Origin: Phocaeicola sp.
GTDB lineage: Bacteria; Bacteroidota; Bacteroidia; Bacteroidales; Bacteroidaceae
Direction: 5' to 3'
Length of the DNA stretch: 64,000 nucleotides
NCBI GenBank assembly: GCA_045647865.1
Contig: JAZRMW010000020.1
Coordinates: 37,915 to 101,914, forward strand
The position numbers were made by a program, and so were the translations under genes. Shown in pieces: positions 1-11,017 of the stretch. The notes beneath the pieces were generated by a model. The model made no database searches and was not told the origin of the DNA. It saw nothing but the letters and a program-made list of their open reading frames with translations. Each line of letters begins with the position of its first letter. Positions within the stretch are counted from its first letter, which is position 1.

Positions 1-1300
1 TGATAAGCTCGTCGTTACTGCTCTCTTCCAAACGGTCGAGCACTTCACTCAGTTGCTTACCCAAGAAGGAAGAGATGATGGCCGGTGGTGCTTCGTTGGC
101 TCCCAGTCGGTGGGCATTGTTGGCACTCATGATGCTGGCCTTCAGCAATCCGTTGTGGCGATATACTGCCATCAGCGTGTTGACTACGAAGGTAACGAAG
201 CGGAGGTTGTCCTCGGGAGTCTTGCCCGGTGCATGCAGCAGTTCGCCGGTGTCGGTACCCAATGACCAGTTGTTGTGCTTACCACTACCGTTCACCCCCT
301 TGAAAGGCTTTTCGTGAAGCAGTACACGGAATCCGTGGTTGCGTGCCACATTGCGCATGAGCGACATCAACAGCATGTTGTGGTCCACCGCCAAGTTGCA
401 CTCCTCGTAAATGGGAGCCAACTCAAACTGGTTGGGGGCCACCTCGTTGTGGCGTGTCTTTACGGGGATACCCAATTCCAATGACTTCACTTCGAGGTCG
501 GTCATAAAGGCTGCTACCCGTGGGGGTATGGCTCCGAAGTAGTGGTCTTCCAACTGCTGGTTCTTCGATGATTCGTGTCCCATCAAGGTGCGACCCGTCA
601 GAAGCAGGTCGGGACGGGCGGCATAGAGGCCCTCGTCCACAAGAAAGTACTCCTGTTCCCATCCAAGGTAAGTAAACACCTTCTTAACTTCGGGGTTGAA
701 GTAATGGCATACACCCAATGCAGCTTGGTTGACAGCACGCAGTGACTTCAAGAGCGGAGCCTTGTAGTCGAGTGCTTCGCCCGTGTAGGCTATAAATACG
801 GTGGGGATACAGAGTGTGTCATCTACTACAAACACGGGTGATGAGGGATCCCATGCACTGTATCCGCGGGCTTCAAAGGTGTTTCGGATACCACCATTGG
901 GGAAGGAAGAGGCATCTGGCTCTTGTTGAACCAACAGTTTGCCCGAGAACTCTTCCAACATACCACCCTTGCCATCGTGTTCCACAAAGGCATCGTGTTT
1001 CTCCGCTGTGCCGTCGGTCAATGGTTGGAACCAGTGTGAATAGTGGGTTACACCCAACTCTATGGCCCATTTCTTCATGCCTGCTGCCACCTCGTCAGCA
1101 ATGTTGCGGTCGAGTGGGGCACCGTTGTCGATTACGTCAATCAACTTGGCATATACATCCTGGGGCAGGTATTTGAACATTTTTGCCCGGTTGAAGACAT
1201 ACTTGGCAAAGTATTCTGTCGGTCTCTGTGTAGGAGGAGTCACCTCAACAGCCTTCTTCTTGAAAGCCGCTTCAATCACTCTGAATCTTAATTTTGACAT
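1..1300 (-). CDS. glnA: Glutamine synthetase type III (5' part; runs off the left edge; absent from the ORF track)
   Basis: Manual minus-strand translation from ATG at 1300: MSKLRFRVIEAAF...THYSHWFQPLTDGTAEKHD...EPDASSFPNGGIRNTFEARGY...GWEQEYFL...HNEVAPNQFE...HEKPFKGVNGSGKHNNWS...RLGANEAPPAI, all GSIII motifs. Confidence 0.95.
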   Translation of the reverse strand, partial: MSKLRFRVIEAAFKKKAVEVTPPTQRPTEYFAKYVFNRAKMFKYLPQDVYAKLIDVIDNGAPLDRNIADEVAAGMKKWAIELGVTHYSHWFQPLTDGTAEKHDAFVEHDGKGGMLEEFSGKLLVQQEPDASSFPNGGIRNTFEARGYSAWDPSSPVFVVDDTLCIPTVFIAYTGEALDYKAPLLKSLRAVNQAALGVCHYFNPEVKKVFTYLGWEQEYFLVDEGLYAARPDLLLTGRTLMGHESSKNQQLEDHYFGAIPPRVAAFMTDLEVKSLELGIPVKTRHNEVAPNQFELAPIYEECNLAVDHNMLLMSLMRNVARNHGFRVLLHEKPFKGVNGSGKHNNWSLGTDTGELLHAPGKTPEDNLRFVTFVVNTLMAVYRHNGLLKASIMSANNAHRLGANEAPPAIISSFLGKQLSEVLDRLEESSNDELI

Positions 1301-1310
1301 ATATTTTTTA

Positions 1311-1420
1311 GTTACGAGTTACTGGCTACAAGCTACGAGTTCCATATATAGTATGAGTGAACAGATATCCGTGCAGTATAAAAACTAAACACTCGTAGCC
1401 TGTGGCTCATTATTCGTAGC
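1311..1420. repeat. Heptamer-based (GCTACGA-like) imperfect palindrome in the glnA leader
   Basis: Arms gttacgagttactggctacaagctacgagt (1311-1340) and actcgtagcctgtggctcattattcgtagc (1391-1420). Confidence 0.75.
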
Positions 1421-1434
1421 TGTTAAAATTGCGG

Positions 1435-1546
1435 CAAAAATAGTCATTATTCTTGATTTTTTTGTTGTGATTTCTCTTTTATTAGTTGTTAACTGGAATA
1501 ATTTGGTCTGAAATAGGGATTCAACGGGATAAAATTAGTACTTTTG
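1435..1546. promoter_or_regulatory. Divergent Bacteroidetes -7 promoter elements for glnA (-) and the polysaccharide locus (+)
   Basis: TATTTTTG on minus at 1435-1442 and TACTTTTG on plus at 1539-1546 match TAnnTTTG. Confidence 0.55.
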
Positions 1547-1643
1547 CAATAAATTTGCAGATGATACGTTTGTCTGTATGAAGGACTGTGTGAATACAGT
1601 TGCTATTTTAAACAAAGAAAACATTTAGAATCAAAGAGAGAAT

Positions 1644-4142
1644 ATGGTGCGTAAATATGCAGTAATGCTTTTGTTGCTGATCCTGTGCGGAGGTGTATCC
1701 TTGGCACAAACCATGTCGGACGAACAGGTCGTTGAATACGTGTTGCAGCAGCAAGCGAGTGGAATGTCTCAGAATGACATTATCAAGAATTTGATTAACC
1801 GAGGTGTAACCATGGAACAGGTCAATCGTTTGAAAGCCAAATATGGCAAACAGACGAAAGGTGTTGTCGGGAATACAGAGGTGTATAAGAAATCCCGTAT
1901 CCGTAACAAACCGGAAGATGAAATCATCCGTGATTATATGGTAAAATCTGCTCAATCAAGAACGGAGACTGTGAAGAAACCGGGAACTCTCTCGAAAGAG
2001 GAAGAGATGCTTAAGGGATTGGATTTTATCATGCCTGACAGTATGAGCCTGTACATGGAGATGTATAAGGAAGAACCTCAGAAGGAAATCTTCGGTCGTA
2101 ATATCTTCAACAACAAGCAACTCTCTTTTGAACCCAATTTGAATATTGCCACGCCGGCCAATTATCGTTTAGGTCCTGGTGACGAGGTGATTGTGGATAT
2201 TTGGGGTGCTTCGCAGAATACCATTCAAGAGACTATCTCGCCCGATGGAGCGATTCTTGTGGAGGGACTTGGCCCCATTTATTTGAACGGAATGACAGTC
2301 AAGGAGGCCAATGCTTATTTGCAGAATGAATTGAGTAAAATTTATTCGGGCGTTTCGGATGAGGGAACAGCATCGGGAATCAAATTGACTTTGGGCCAGA
2401 TTCGTACCATTCAGGTGAATGTGATGGGTGAAGTGGAGAATCCTGGAACATATACCTTGTCTTCATTCGCTACGGTGTTCCATGCTTTGTATCAGGCTGG
2501 TGGAATGAATGAGATTGGTACCATGCGTGAAGTGAAAGTGTATCGTGCCAACAAATTGATAGCCACTTTGGATATCTATGACTATATTTTGAATGGACAG
2601 ATGAAGGATGATGTCCGTCTGATGGATGATGATGTCATTATGGTCGGTACGTATGATTGTCTGGTGAATGTCACCGGTAAGGCAAAGCGCCCGATGTTCT
2701 ATGAAATGAAACGTAGCGAGAGTGTCGAATCCTTGCTTGACTTTGCCGGTGGCTTTACGGGTGATGCTTATACCAAGAATGTACGCCTCGTCCGCAAGAG
2801 TGGTCGTGAATACCAAATCTACAACATTGACGAGTCAGACTTTGCTGCTTTTACATTGATGGATGGCGACTCACTTAATATCGATTCTGTGATTCCGCGT
2901 TTCTCAAACATGGTTGAAATCAAAGGTGCAGTCTATCGCCCCGGAATGTATCAGATTGGTAACCGTATCAATACGGTACGTGAATTGATTGAGGCCGCAG
3001 AAGGAACCATGGGCGATGCATTCCTTAATCGCGCAGTTTTGCACCGTAAGCGCGAGGACCTCTCTTTGGAAGTGCTTTCAGTAAATGTAAAAGGTATTAT
3101 GGCTGGTACAACCTCTGATTTCCCTCTTCGTAAGGAAGATGTCTTGATGATTCCCAGTATTCATGATATCCAAGAGGACAAAGTCCTTTCTATACATGGT
3201 GAAGTCGCTTTCCCCGGAACCTATGTCTATGCAGCAAATACCACGTTGGAGGATTTGGTGTTGCAGGCTGGAGGTTTGAAAGAGGCTGCTTCTACAGCTC
3301 GTGTAGATGTAGCTCGTCGTATAAAGAATTCAGAAGCCACAGACGCAGGAAGTCAGACTGCTGAAACATACAGTTTCTCTCTTCGGGATGGTTTCGTGAT
3401 AGAGGGGGAAGCGGGATTTCTCTTGGAACCGTTTGATGAAATCTATGTACGTCGCAGCCCCGGATATTACGAACAGCAGAATGTCAAGATTGAAGGTGAA
3501 ATCCTTTTCCCCGGAACGTATGCTTTGGTTAAGAAGAACTATCGTTTGAGTGAATTGATTAAGGCTTCTGGAGGATTGACGGATGAATCTTATGTGCAGG
3601 GTGCTCGTCTGGAACGTCAGATGACCCCTGAAGAACAGGTTCGTATGAAGGCAGCTTTGCGTATGTCCAAGTTGGGAAGTGACTCTATTGATGTCGATAA
3701 ATTGGATTTGGGTACTACCTACAATGTGGGTATTGAGTTGGACAAGGCTTTGGCTAATCCGGGCAGTGAATTCGATGTTGTATTGCGTGAAGGCGACCGT
3801 ATCGTGGTACCGCAATATTTGAATACCGTGAAGATTAATGGTGAGGTGATGTATCCCAATACCGTATCATTCTTGAAAGGTAAGAAAATCAAGCATTACA
3901 TCGAGCAATCCGGTGGTTACACCTCGAATGCCAAGAAAAGTCAGGCTTATGTGGTCTATATGAACGGAACGATTGCCCGTGCCAAACGGGGTGGTAAGAG
4001 CCTCATTCAGCCCGGATGTGAAATCATTGTACCGGCCAAGCCTGACCGTAAGGGATTGTCGTTGCCTGAAATCTTGAGTATCGGAACTTCAACCGCTTCG
4101 TTGGCTACGATGATTGCCACTATCGCTAATTTGATTAAGTAA
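1644..4142 (+). CDS. Polysaccharide export protein, SLBB repeats (Wza/KpsD-like)
   Basis: Signal peptide; Poly_export motif YRLGPGDEV; repeated V.GEV..PG.Y / AGG SLBB units. Confidence 0.9.
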   Translation: MVRKYAVMLLLLILCGGVSLAQTMSDEQVVEYVLQQQASGMSQNDIIKNLINRGVTMEQVNRLKAKYGKQTKGVVGNTEVYKKSRIRNKPEDEIIRDYMVKSAQSRTETVKKPGTLSKEEEMLKGLDFIMPDSMSLYMEMYKEEPQKEIFGRNIFNNKQLSFEPNLNIATPANYRLGPGDEVIVDIWGASQNTIQETISPDGAILVEGLGPIYLNGMTVKEANAYLQNELSKIYSGVSDEGTASGIKLTLGQIRTIQVNVMGEVENPGTYTLSSFATVFHALYQAGGMNEIGTMREVKVYRANKLIATLDIYDYILNGQMKDDVRLMDDDVIMVGTYDCLVNVTGKAKRPMFYEMKRSESVESLLDFAGGFTGDAYTKNVRLVRKSGREYQIYNIDESDFAAFTLMDGDSLNIDSVIPRFSNMVEIKGAVYRPGMYQIGNRINTVRELIEAAEGTMGDAFLNRAVLHRKREDLSLEVLSVNVKGIMAGTTSDFPLRKEDVLMIPSIHDIQEDKVLSIHGEVAFPGTYVYAANTTLEDLVLQAGGLKEAASTARVDVARRIKNSEATDAGSQTAETYSFSLRDGFVIEGEAGFLLEPFDEIYVRRSPGYYEQQNVKIEGEILFPGTYALVKKNYRLSELIKASGGLTDESYVQGARLERQMTPEEQVRMKAALRMSKLGSDSIDVDKLDLGTTYNVGIELDKALANPGSEFDVVLREGDRIVVPQYLNTVKINGEVMYPNTVSFLKGKKIKHYIEQSGGYTSNAKKSQAYVVYMNGTIARAKRGGKSLIQPGCEIIVPAKPDRKGLSLPEILSIGTSTASLATMIATIANLIK

Positions 4143-4158
4143 TTTGTATTACCCTATT

Positions 4159-5241
4159 ATGGAAAATCATTCAAATAACAATAAGCCCAGTAAGGAACTT
4201 GACATTGTAGCATTGGTCAAACAGTTGTGGGATGAACGGATGTTGGTGATAAAAGTAGGCTTTGCTTTTGCCATTTTGGGTGTTTTCGTAGCATTGAATA
4301 CTCCCAAAGTATATACAACGAATGTTGTTTTGGCACCAGAATCCTCTGACCCTACGTCATCTTTGAGTAAGTTGGGTAGCCTGACTTCTATGTTGGGATT
4401 GAAAATGGGGGCAACCATGTCTTCAGATGCCATATTCCCTGAGTTGTATCCCCAAGTTCTTGCTTCGACGGATTTCCAGATTTCTCTTTTCGATGTTCCT
4501 GTTAGGGAATTGGAAAGTAAACAGACCAAGACTTATTTCAGACATTTGATCGAAGATGGTTTTATCCCTGTATGGAGATGGCCGCAGATATGGCTTACCA
4601 AGCTTTTTCAGAAAAAAGCAGAACCCAAACCTTTGGATCCGTTCCATCTGACTAAGGTAGAAACGAATATTTGTGGGTTGATGCGTAAGGTAATCAGTTG
4701 TGTTGTTGATAAGAAGACAGGTGTCATTACCATTTCTGTATCCGATGAGGACAAGCGTGTCTCTGCTTTGATGGCTGATACAGTAACAGCTAAGTTGCAG
4801 GAATACATAACCATGTACCGAACGAAAAAGACTCGCAATGATTTGGAGTACTTGGAAGTCTTGTTCAAGCAATCCCGCGATGAGTATTTGCAATCTCAAA
4901 GCGAATACGCTAAAGCTACGGATGCCAATCTGTCTTTGGTTAAGGCCAGCAATCGGGTGGCGTTGACCAATTTGGAGAATGAGATGCAGTTGAGATATGA
5001 AATCTATTCAAGTACCGCCCAACAGCTGCAGTTGACCAAAGAACGTCTCCAAGAGAGAATCCCTGCATTTACAACCATACAGGGGGCTACAATCCCCGAG
5101 AAGGCATCCAGCTTCCCACGTTCTATCATGGTTGTGCTTTATGCCTTTGTCGGAGGAATGTGTAGCGCTGTTTGGATTTGGTTTGGTCGGGATATGTATC
5201 AGAAGTATTTTAGGAAAAAGAAAAAGTCTAAAGCCGAATAA
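4159..5241 (+). CDS. Chain-length determinant (Wzz-like polysaccharide co-polymerase)
   Basis: ELDIVAL..LW N-terminus, two TM helices flanking a coiled coil, P-rich motif before TM2; ATG at 4159 preferred. Confidence 0.85.
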   Translation: MENHSNNNKPSKELDIVALVKQLWDERMLVIKVGFAFAILGVFVALNTPKVYTTNVVLAPESSDPTSSLSKLGSLTSMLGLKMGATMSSDAIFPELYPQVLASTDFQISLFDVPVRELESKQTKTYFRHLIEDGFIPVWRWPQIWLTKLFQKKAEPKPLDPFHLTKVETNICGLMRKVISCVVDKKTGVITISVSDEDKRVSALMADTVTAKLQEYITMYRTKKTRNDLEYLEVLFKQSRDEYLQSQSEYAKATDANLSLVKASNRVALTNLENEMQLRYEIYSSTAQQLQLTKERLQERIPAFTTIQGATIPEKASSFPRSIMVVLYAFVGGMCSAVWIWFGRDMYQKYFRKKKKSKAE

Positions 5242-6413
5242 TGACTGGGATGATATATTCGTTGCCTTACATCGCATTAGTGTTATTCTATGCCATATTA
5301 TCATGCGTATATGTTACGGTTACTGATGATATGAAGAGGAATATACGCTTCTTGTGCGTGTTCGTATATATCATCTTTTTTGGTTTCAGAGGTTTTGTCG
5401 GTGACGATTGGACCATTTATTATCCCTCGTTTGTGGATGAGGTCCATGTTGGTAGTTTTCAAGAAATCCTCTTTACATTGGAGGAACCTCCCTATGAATT
5501 GGGATTTACTGTGCTGACAATCATCAGTAAGTTGATATTTGATGATTATGTTTTCCTCGTTCTTCTGACAACACTTATAAATTGCTTCTTGCTGTATCGC
5601 TTCCTGCGTCGGAGAATAGACAATATTCCCTTGGGAATCATGCTGTTCATTTGTATGGGAGGCTTTGTCATGCAAATCAATCTGTTGAGAAATACAATCA
5701 GTATTTTGTTGTTTGCCAATGCCATTGAATACATGGTGGAACGTAAGCCTTGGCCCTATTTCTTGTTGTGCACGTTGGCGCTGACGTTTCATTTGTCTGC
5801 CATTTTTTATTTCCCTCTCTACTTCTTTTTCCATAAGAGGTTTCCACGATGGGTATATATCACCATCTTCTTGCTTGGAAACATCATCTTCTTGGGGCAT
5901 GTCAAATTCATTTCCCCCATTCTGATATCTATAGCCGGGCATTTGGGCGAGGAATATGAGTTCTTGGTGGAAGCTTATACGGAAGGTAAATTATCGGAAA
6001 TCAGTCAGGGATTGTCCATTGGCTATTTGGAAAGGGTTCTGACAGGAGTTCTTATCTATTGTTATTACGACAAATTGACCTCCATGCGACCGGATAATGC
6101 CGTATTTATCAATTCGTATTTGGCCTATTTCTTTATGTTTTTCTTTTTCAGTGAATTCTCTGTCGTGGCCGGTCGATTGGCTAATCTGTTCACTTATTTC
6201 TATTGGATTATTTGGATTGATTTGCTCAAATGTTTCTCGATACGGAATAACATGATTTTATTTGTCATTTTCTTGGGTGTATATAGCGTATTGAAGATTT
6301 GGGGAATGACCAACTTGATTACATTGAGATATGATAACGTCTTGTTCGGAGCTGAATCCTACGAAGAGCGTTTGTATATTCATGAGAAGCATAAGGATGA
6401 TGCTAAATTCTAA
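5241..6413 (+). CDS. EpsG-family polysaccharide polymerase (Wzy-like)
   Basis: Polytopic membrane protein; GFRGFVGDDW..Y, E.GF, FHLSA motifs. Confidence 0.85.
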   Translation: MTGMIYSLPYIALVLFYAILSCVYVTVTDDMKRNIRFLCVFVYIIFFGFRGFVGDDWTIYYPSFVDEVHVGSFQEILFTLEEPPYELGFTVLTIISKLIFDDYVFLVLLTTLINCFLLYRFLRRRIDNIPLGIMLFICMGGFVMQINLLRNTISILLFANAIEYMVERKPWPYFLLCTLALTFHLSAIFYFPLYFFFHKRFPRWVYITIFLLGNIIFLGHVKFISPILISIAGHLGEEYEFLVEAYTEGKLSEISQGLSIGYLERVLTGVLIYCYYDKLTSMRPDNAVFINSYLAYFFMFFFFSEFSVVAGRLANLFTYFYWIIWIDLLKCFSIRNNMILFVIFLGVYSVLKIWGMTNLITLRYDNVLFGAESYEERLYIHEKHKDDAKF

Positions 6414-6426
6414 AGGTTTGAATGTA

Positions 6427-7728
6427 ATGGAAATGCAACTTAAGAATAATCGCACAGGCGAAGGACATATGGACAAGGTGACTGTCATTACAGTTGTATA
6501 TAATGATGTGGCATCTCTTCAGATGACGATAGACAGTGTTCTGCAGCAATCGTGGGGCCATCTTGAATACATCATCATTGATGGAGGAAGTACTGACGGG
6601 ACGGTTGATGTCATAAAGGGTGCAGAATCTCATCTGGCATACTGGTGCTCTGAACCTGATAAGGGCGTGTATGATGCCATGAACAAAGGTATCCAGCATG
6701 CAACAGGAGATTGGATTTGTTTCTTGAACTCCGGAGATGTGTTCTGTGAGTCAAATTCTGTTGAGCAGATGATGAAATCCGAACATCAAGATGTGGATAT
6801 CCTTTTTGCAAACAGCATAGAGGTTTCGGATGTGGTGAACCAGAAGATTGAGGCAACGGATGATATCCATAAAATGAACTATTATCCGGTATATCGCCAT
6901 GGATCATCCCTTGTTCGGACAGAGGTTCAGCGCCGTTTCTTGTTTGATTTGTCCAAGTCGAAGAAGTTGGGGTATGCATTGGATTGGGAGATGATACATC
7001 GGATGTTCAGAGCCGGATGCCGGTTCAAGAAGGTGGATACCTATTTCGAGGCTTATCAGAAAGAGGGTATGTCCAATCATCCGTATCAAAACCGTTGGTA
7101 TAGTTACCGGATTACATCTGAAGGAAAATTCAATCTTTCGAAGTTCCTCTATTTTGTGTATAGTTGTCTCATGTTCGCTTTTATGGACTCAGGTCTTTAC
7201 AATTGGGTCAGGGCATTCTTCGTGGAGTTTATGGTAAATGATATTTTGCCTGTCATTCCGTTTTGGACATTGAGACGCGGCTATCTGAAGTTGGTGAAAG
7301 CCCGTATAGGGAAAGGAAGTTTTGTGATGAAGAATGTATATATTCAGAGTCCCAATCACTTGACGATAGGAGAAGGTTCGCACATCAATCGCGGATGTGT
7401 GATTGATGCACGTGGAGGAATCACGATAGGTAACAGCGTTTCCATTTCCCATGGTGTGAATATCATGACGGGCAGTCATGATTATAAGTCACCGACCTTT
7501 GCGGGGGTATTTGCTCCCATTTGTATCGAGGATTATGTGTGGGTTGGAGTAGGGTGTACCATCTTGCAGGGAGTCACTATTGGTGAGGGGGCTGTCGTTT
7601 GTAGCGGTGCCGTTGTTACCCGTGATGTCCGTGAATATGAAGTTGTAGCAGGTGTTCCTGCAAAGAAAATAGCAACACGTCCTGATAAGTTGAATTATTC
7701 ATGTCATTGGGATGTACCTTTTACATAA
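6427..7728 (+). CDS. GT2 glycosyltransferase fused to a hexapeptide-repeat O-acyltransferase (start 6427 or 6469)
   Basis: N-term IIDGGSTDGT, EPDKGVYDAMNKG, FLNSGD; C-term left-handed beta-helix repeats and VVAGVPAK. Confidence 0.85.
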   Translation: MEMQLKNNRTGEGHMDKVTVITVVYNDVASLQMTIDSVLQQSWGHLEYIIIDGGSTDGTVDVIKGAESHLAYWCSEPDKGVYDAMNKGIQHATGDWICFLNSGDVFCESNSVEQMMKSEHQDVDILFANSIEVSDVVNQKIEATDDIHKMNYYPVYRHGSSLVRTEVQRRFLFDLSKSKKLGYALDWEMIHRMFRAGCRFKKVDTYFEAYQKEGMSNHPYQNRWYSYRITSEGKFNLSKFLYFVYSCLMFAFMDSGLYNWVRAFFVEFMVNDILPVIPFWTLRRGYLKLVKARIGKGSFVMKNVYIQSPNHLTIGEGSHINRGCVIDARGGITIGNSVSISHGVNIMTGSHDYKSPTFAGVFAPICIEDYVWVGVGCTILQGVTIGEGAVVCSGAVVTRDVREYEVVAGVPAKKIATRPDKLNYSCHWDVPFT

Positions 7729-7737
7729 AGAAAAGTT

Positions 7738-8955
7738 ATGAATATAGTTATATTGACATCTCTTCTTCCGTATCCATTGAACTCTGGTGGGGCGCAGGCA
7801 CAATACAATATGATTGATTCCTTGCGCAGTGTTCATAAGTTTGTGATTGTATTTCCTGAAAATGGATACAATCAGATGGATGCTATGCTGGAGTTACAAA
7901 AGAGATGGCCTGAAGTGGAATTCAAACCCTATCGTTACTATAGGCAATTGGCTTCGTTGAGCTTTTTTGTAGATAAGATAAAGCGGAGTTTTAATCTGTT
8001 GTTCAGGAACAAGTCCAGAGCTTTTCAAATCGAACGGATATTAAAACCTTATGGTTTCCCGGTTAATAATCGTTTTGTCTCTTTTGTCAATCGAATTATC
8101 AAAGAGCATGCCGCGGATTATATTCAAGTGGAGTTCTATCCCTTCTTGAGTCTGATTCCTCGTATGCCTGCTGGAATAAAGAAACTCTTTGTCCACCATG
8201 AGATTCGTTATGTAAGGAATAACAGACTTTTGGCTGATTATCAGTTGACGAGGTTCGAGAATGCATTGTATGAGAATCTTCGGAATGAAGAGATTGCCAA
8301 TCTGAATCATTGTGATAAGGTGGTCACATTGACGAATGTGGATAAATTGGAACTGTTGAAATCGGGAGTGAAGTCACCTATCTATGTATCTCCGGCTGCT
8401 GTTTCGACAGAACAAAAAGAATATAAGTCTTGGAATCGTACGTTGGTCTTTTTAGGAAGCTATTCGCATTTCCCCAATCAGGAAGGAGTTGATTGGTTGA
8501 TTCAAAAAGTCTTGCCTTTGATGGATTGGAAGAAGAATCTCCCCATCACATTACACCTTGTAGGTTTGGGTTGGCCCAAATCCTATAACCGAACGATAAA
8601 CGGATTGGAAATCGTCTGTGATGGATATGTGGAGAATCTGTCAGATATATTGTCAGGTTCGATAATGCTGGTTCCCATATTGTCCGGCAGTGGAATGCGT
8701 ATGAAGATTCTGGAGGCTGCAGCGTTGAATGTGCCTTTTGTGACGACAAGTGTGGGAGTGGAGGGACTTGATTTTGTGGATGGTGAATCTTGTCTGATTG
8801 CTGATGAACCTGCCACTTATGCCGAAGCCATATTCAAATTGGTGAGTGACCAGACGTTGCACAAATCGTTGGCTGAAGCAGCATCGGTAACCTTTGAACA
8901 GAAATATTCTTTGGCGGCTCTCTCCAAGTGCAGAGATTCGGTGTATAAAGCTTAA
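7738..8955 (+). CDS. GT4-family glycosyltransferase
   Basis: PYPLNSGG N-terminus; SGMRMKILEA...PFVTTSVGVEG. Confidence 0.85.
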   Translation: MNIVILTSLLPYPLNSGGAQAQYNMIDSLRSVHKFVIVFPENGYNQMDAMLELQKRWPEVEFKPYRYYRQLASLSFFVDKIKRSFNLLFRNKSRAFQIERILKPYGFPVNNRFVSFVNRIIKEHAADYIQVEFYPFLSLIPRMPAGIKKLFVHHEIRYVRNNRLLADYQLTRFENALYENLRNEEIANLNHCDKVVTLTNVDKLELLKSGVKSPIYVSPAAVSTEQKEYKSWNRTLVFLGSYSHFPNQEGVDWLIQKVLPLMDWKKNLPITLHLVGLGWPKSYNRTINGLEIVCDGYVENLSDILSGSIMLVPILSGSGMRMKILEAAALNVPFVTTSVGVEGLDFVDGESCLIADEPATYAEAIFKLVSDQTLHKSLAEAASVTFEQKYSLAALSKCRDSVYKA

Positions 8956-8965
8956 GGGTCGGTTT

Positions 8966-9673
8966 ATGATATCAGTTTGCATTGCTACATATAATGGTGA
9001 AAGGTTCATACACAGGCAAATAGAGACTATCTTGCCTCAATTGTCTGCCGATGATGAAATTATTGTGTCTGATGATGGCTCTTCTGATGCTACCATTCAG
9101 GTCGTTGAGGCTTTTCAGTCGCCCCAAATAAAGATTGTCCATAATCAGGGCCGGCATGGCTATACTGCGAATTATGAGCATGCATTGAGTTATGCGAAGG
9201 GTGATATCATTATCTTTGCCGATCAGGATGATGAATGGGAACCCAACAAAGTCAAACGTTGTCTTGAGGAGTTGGAAACGTGTGATTTCATCGTTTCAGA
9301 TGCATCGCTCATTGATGCGGATGGACAGATTACGGATGATTCCTTCTATCGATTGCGGGAACCGAAACGTACATTTGCTGGCAATATCTTGAAATTCGGA
9401 TATTTGGGATGTTGCATTGCATTCAGACACAACGTGCTGGACAAGGTGTTGCCTTTCCCCAAGAATCATGTCATGTGTTCCCATGATAATTGGATAACCC
9501 TTGTGGCCATGGCCTATTACCGCTACCGTGTATTGGATGATCGATTGGTGAGGTACAGACGTCACGGGAAGAATGTCTCTAATATTGATAAGATTGGTAC
9601 TCATACGACGTTGTTCTTTAAAATCAAATACAGAGTGTATATTTTGTTGAATCTGATTGGAAGATTGTTTTGA
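8966..9673 (+). CDS. GT2-family glycosyltransferase (rhamnosyltransferase-like)
   Basis: SVCIATYNGE, SDDGSSD, ADQDDEW, HD.W, YRRH motifs. Confidence 0.85.
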   Translation: MISVCIATYNGERFIHRQIETILPQLSADDEIIVSDDGSSDATIQVVEAFQSPQIKIVHNQGRHGYTANYEHALSYAKGDIIIFADQDDEWEPNKVKRCLEELETCDFIVSDASLIDADGQITDDSFYRLREPKRTFAGNILKFGYLGCCIAFRHNVLDKVLPFPKNHVMCSHDNWITLVAMAYYRYRVLDDRLVRYRRHGKNVSNIDKIGTHTTLFFKIKYRVYILLNLIGRLF

Positions 9674-9676
9674 ATC

Positions 9677-11017
9677 ATGAAACTTTGGAATATAGGGACT
9701 GGTAACCAACGTTCATTGGCTGTTAAGAAGAATGCTCTTTTATCGTTGTTGATAAAGGGGTGTAGTATCAGCATTTCCCTGTTGTTGGTCCCTCTTACAT
9801 TGGATTTTGTGACCGATGAACTGTATGGTGTTTGGCTCACCTTGTCTTCTGTCCTTTTTTGGTTGACCTTCTTTGATGTCGGTTTCACGTTGGGTTTGAA
9901 GAACAAATTGACAGAAGCCATTGCTATGGACGATTGGGAGCGTGGACGTTCCTTGGTGTCCACTACCTATTTTGTGATGGTGGCATTGTTCGTTCCTTTG
10001 TGCCTGCTGTTGGAACTTATTATTCCCCATGTTGATTGGGCGATGATTCTGAACATAGACGCTTCCTATAATGATGAATTGAAGCAGGTGTTGCATATTT
10101 TGGTGGCCTGTTTCTCTGTACAGATGATTGTCAATGTATTGACTTCCGTAGTTGCAGCTTTTCAGCAAGTCTCCCTCTCTGCATCCTTCCCGATGATTGG
10201 CAACCTGATTGCACTGCTGCTGATTTGGGGATTGTCCTATGTCTGTCAGTCGTCTCTCTTGTTGCTTTCTTTAGTGATGTCTGTCTCCCCCGTATTGGTT
10301 ACGATTATAGCATCCTTTATCTTGTATAATGGTAAGTACAGGAAAGTCTCTCCCTCCATAAAGGCTATCAGATTGGAGTTTGTGAAAGATTTGTGGGGTC
10401 TGGGGGCCAAGTTCTTCCTTATTCAGATACAGGTGTTGATTTTGTACCAATGTACCAATCTCTTGATAACGAACATTTCCGGTCCGGATCAAGTCACTAC
10501 GTACAACATCGCATACCGTTATTTGAGTGTGGGCATGATGTTGTATTCCATTCTGTTGTCTCCTCTTTGGCCGGCGTTTACGGATGCGTATGTCAAGAAG
10601 GATTTTGCCTGGATGAACGGAGTGTATCGCAGAATGTGCAAGATTTATCTGGCTTCTGTGCTCCTATTGCTGCTTATGGTCGTATTCTCACCCATTGTTT
10701 ATGAGATATGGATTGGTAATAAAGTGGAAATACCTTGGGAGATGACGATCGTGGTTGCATTGTATATGGCCATACATTCGTGGGACTTGTTGCAAGTGGA
10801 ATTGGTCAATGGGGTTGGAGCCGTGAAATTGCAGACTTACGTTACGCTGGTGGGATTGTTCCTCCATATTCCCTTGTCTTTTTTGATAGGTCGCTATGTA
10901 GGAGCAATCGGTGTCGTTTGTTCTATGATTCTGATAAACCTTGTTTATGTGTCTTTCTTTACGACACAAGTTCATAAGATTCTCAATCAAAAGGCGAAAG
11001 GTATATGGCTAAAATAA
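9677..11017 (+). CDS. Oligosaccharide flippase (Wzx/MATE-like)
   Basis: About 12 hydrophobic segments; YGVWLTL...DVG...GLKN motif; position in locus. Confidence 0.85.
   Translation: MKLWNIGTGNQRSLAVKKNALLSLLIKGCSISISLLLVPLTLDFVTDELYGVWLTLSSVLFWLTFFDVGFTLGLKNKLTEAIAMDDWERGRSLVSTTYFVMVALFVPLCLLLELIIPHVDWAMILNIDASYNDELKQVLHILVACFSVQMIVNVLTSVVAAFQQVSLSASFPMIGNLIALLLIWGLSYVCQSSLLLLSLVMSVSPVLVTIIASFILYNGKYRKVSPSIKAIRLEFVKDLWGLGAKFFLIQIQVLILYQCTNLLITNISGPDQVTTYNIAYRYLSVGMMLYSILLSPLWPAFTDAYVKKDFAWMNGVYRRMCKIYLASVLLLLLMVVFSPIVYEIWIGNKVEIPWEMTIVVALYMAIHSWDLLQVELVNGVGAVKLQTYVTLVGLFLHIPLSFLIGRYVGAIGVVCSMILINLVYVSFFTTQVHKILNQKAKGIWLK

Noticed and set aside
53-1388. Several short ORFs in the track at the left edge
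   Set aside because: They are shadows of the minus-strand glnA frame, which the track missed because it lacks a stop inside the window
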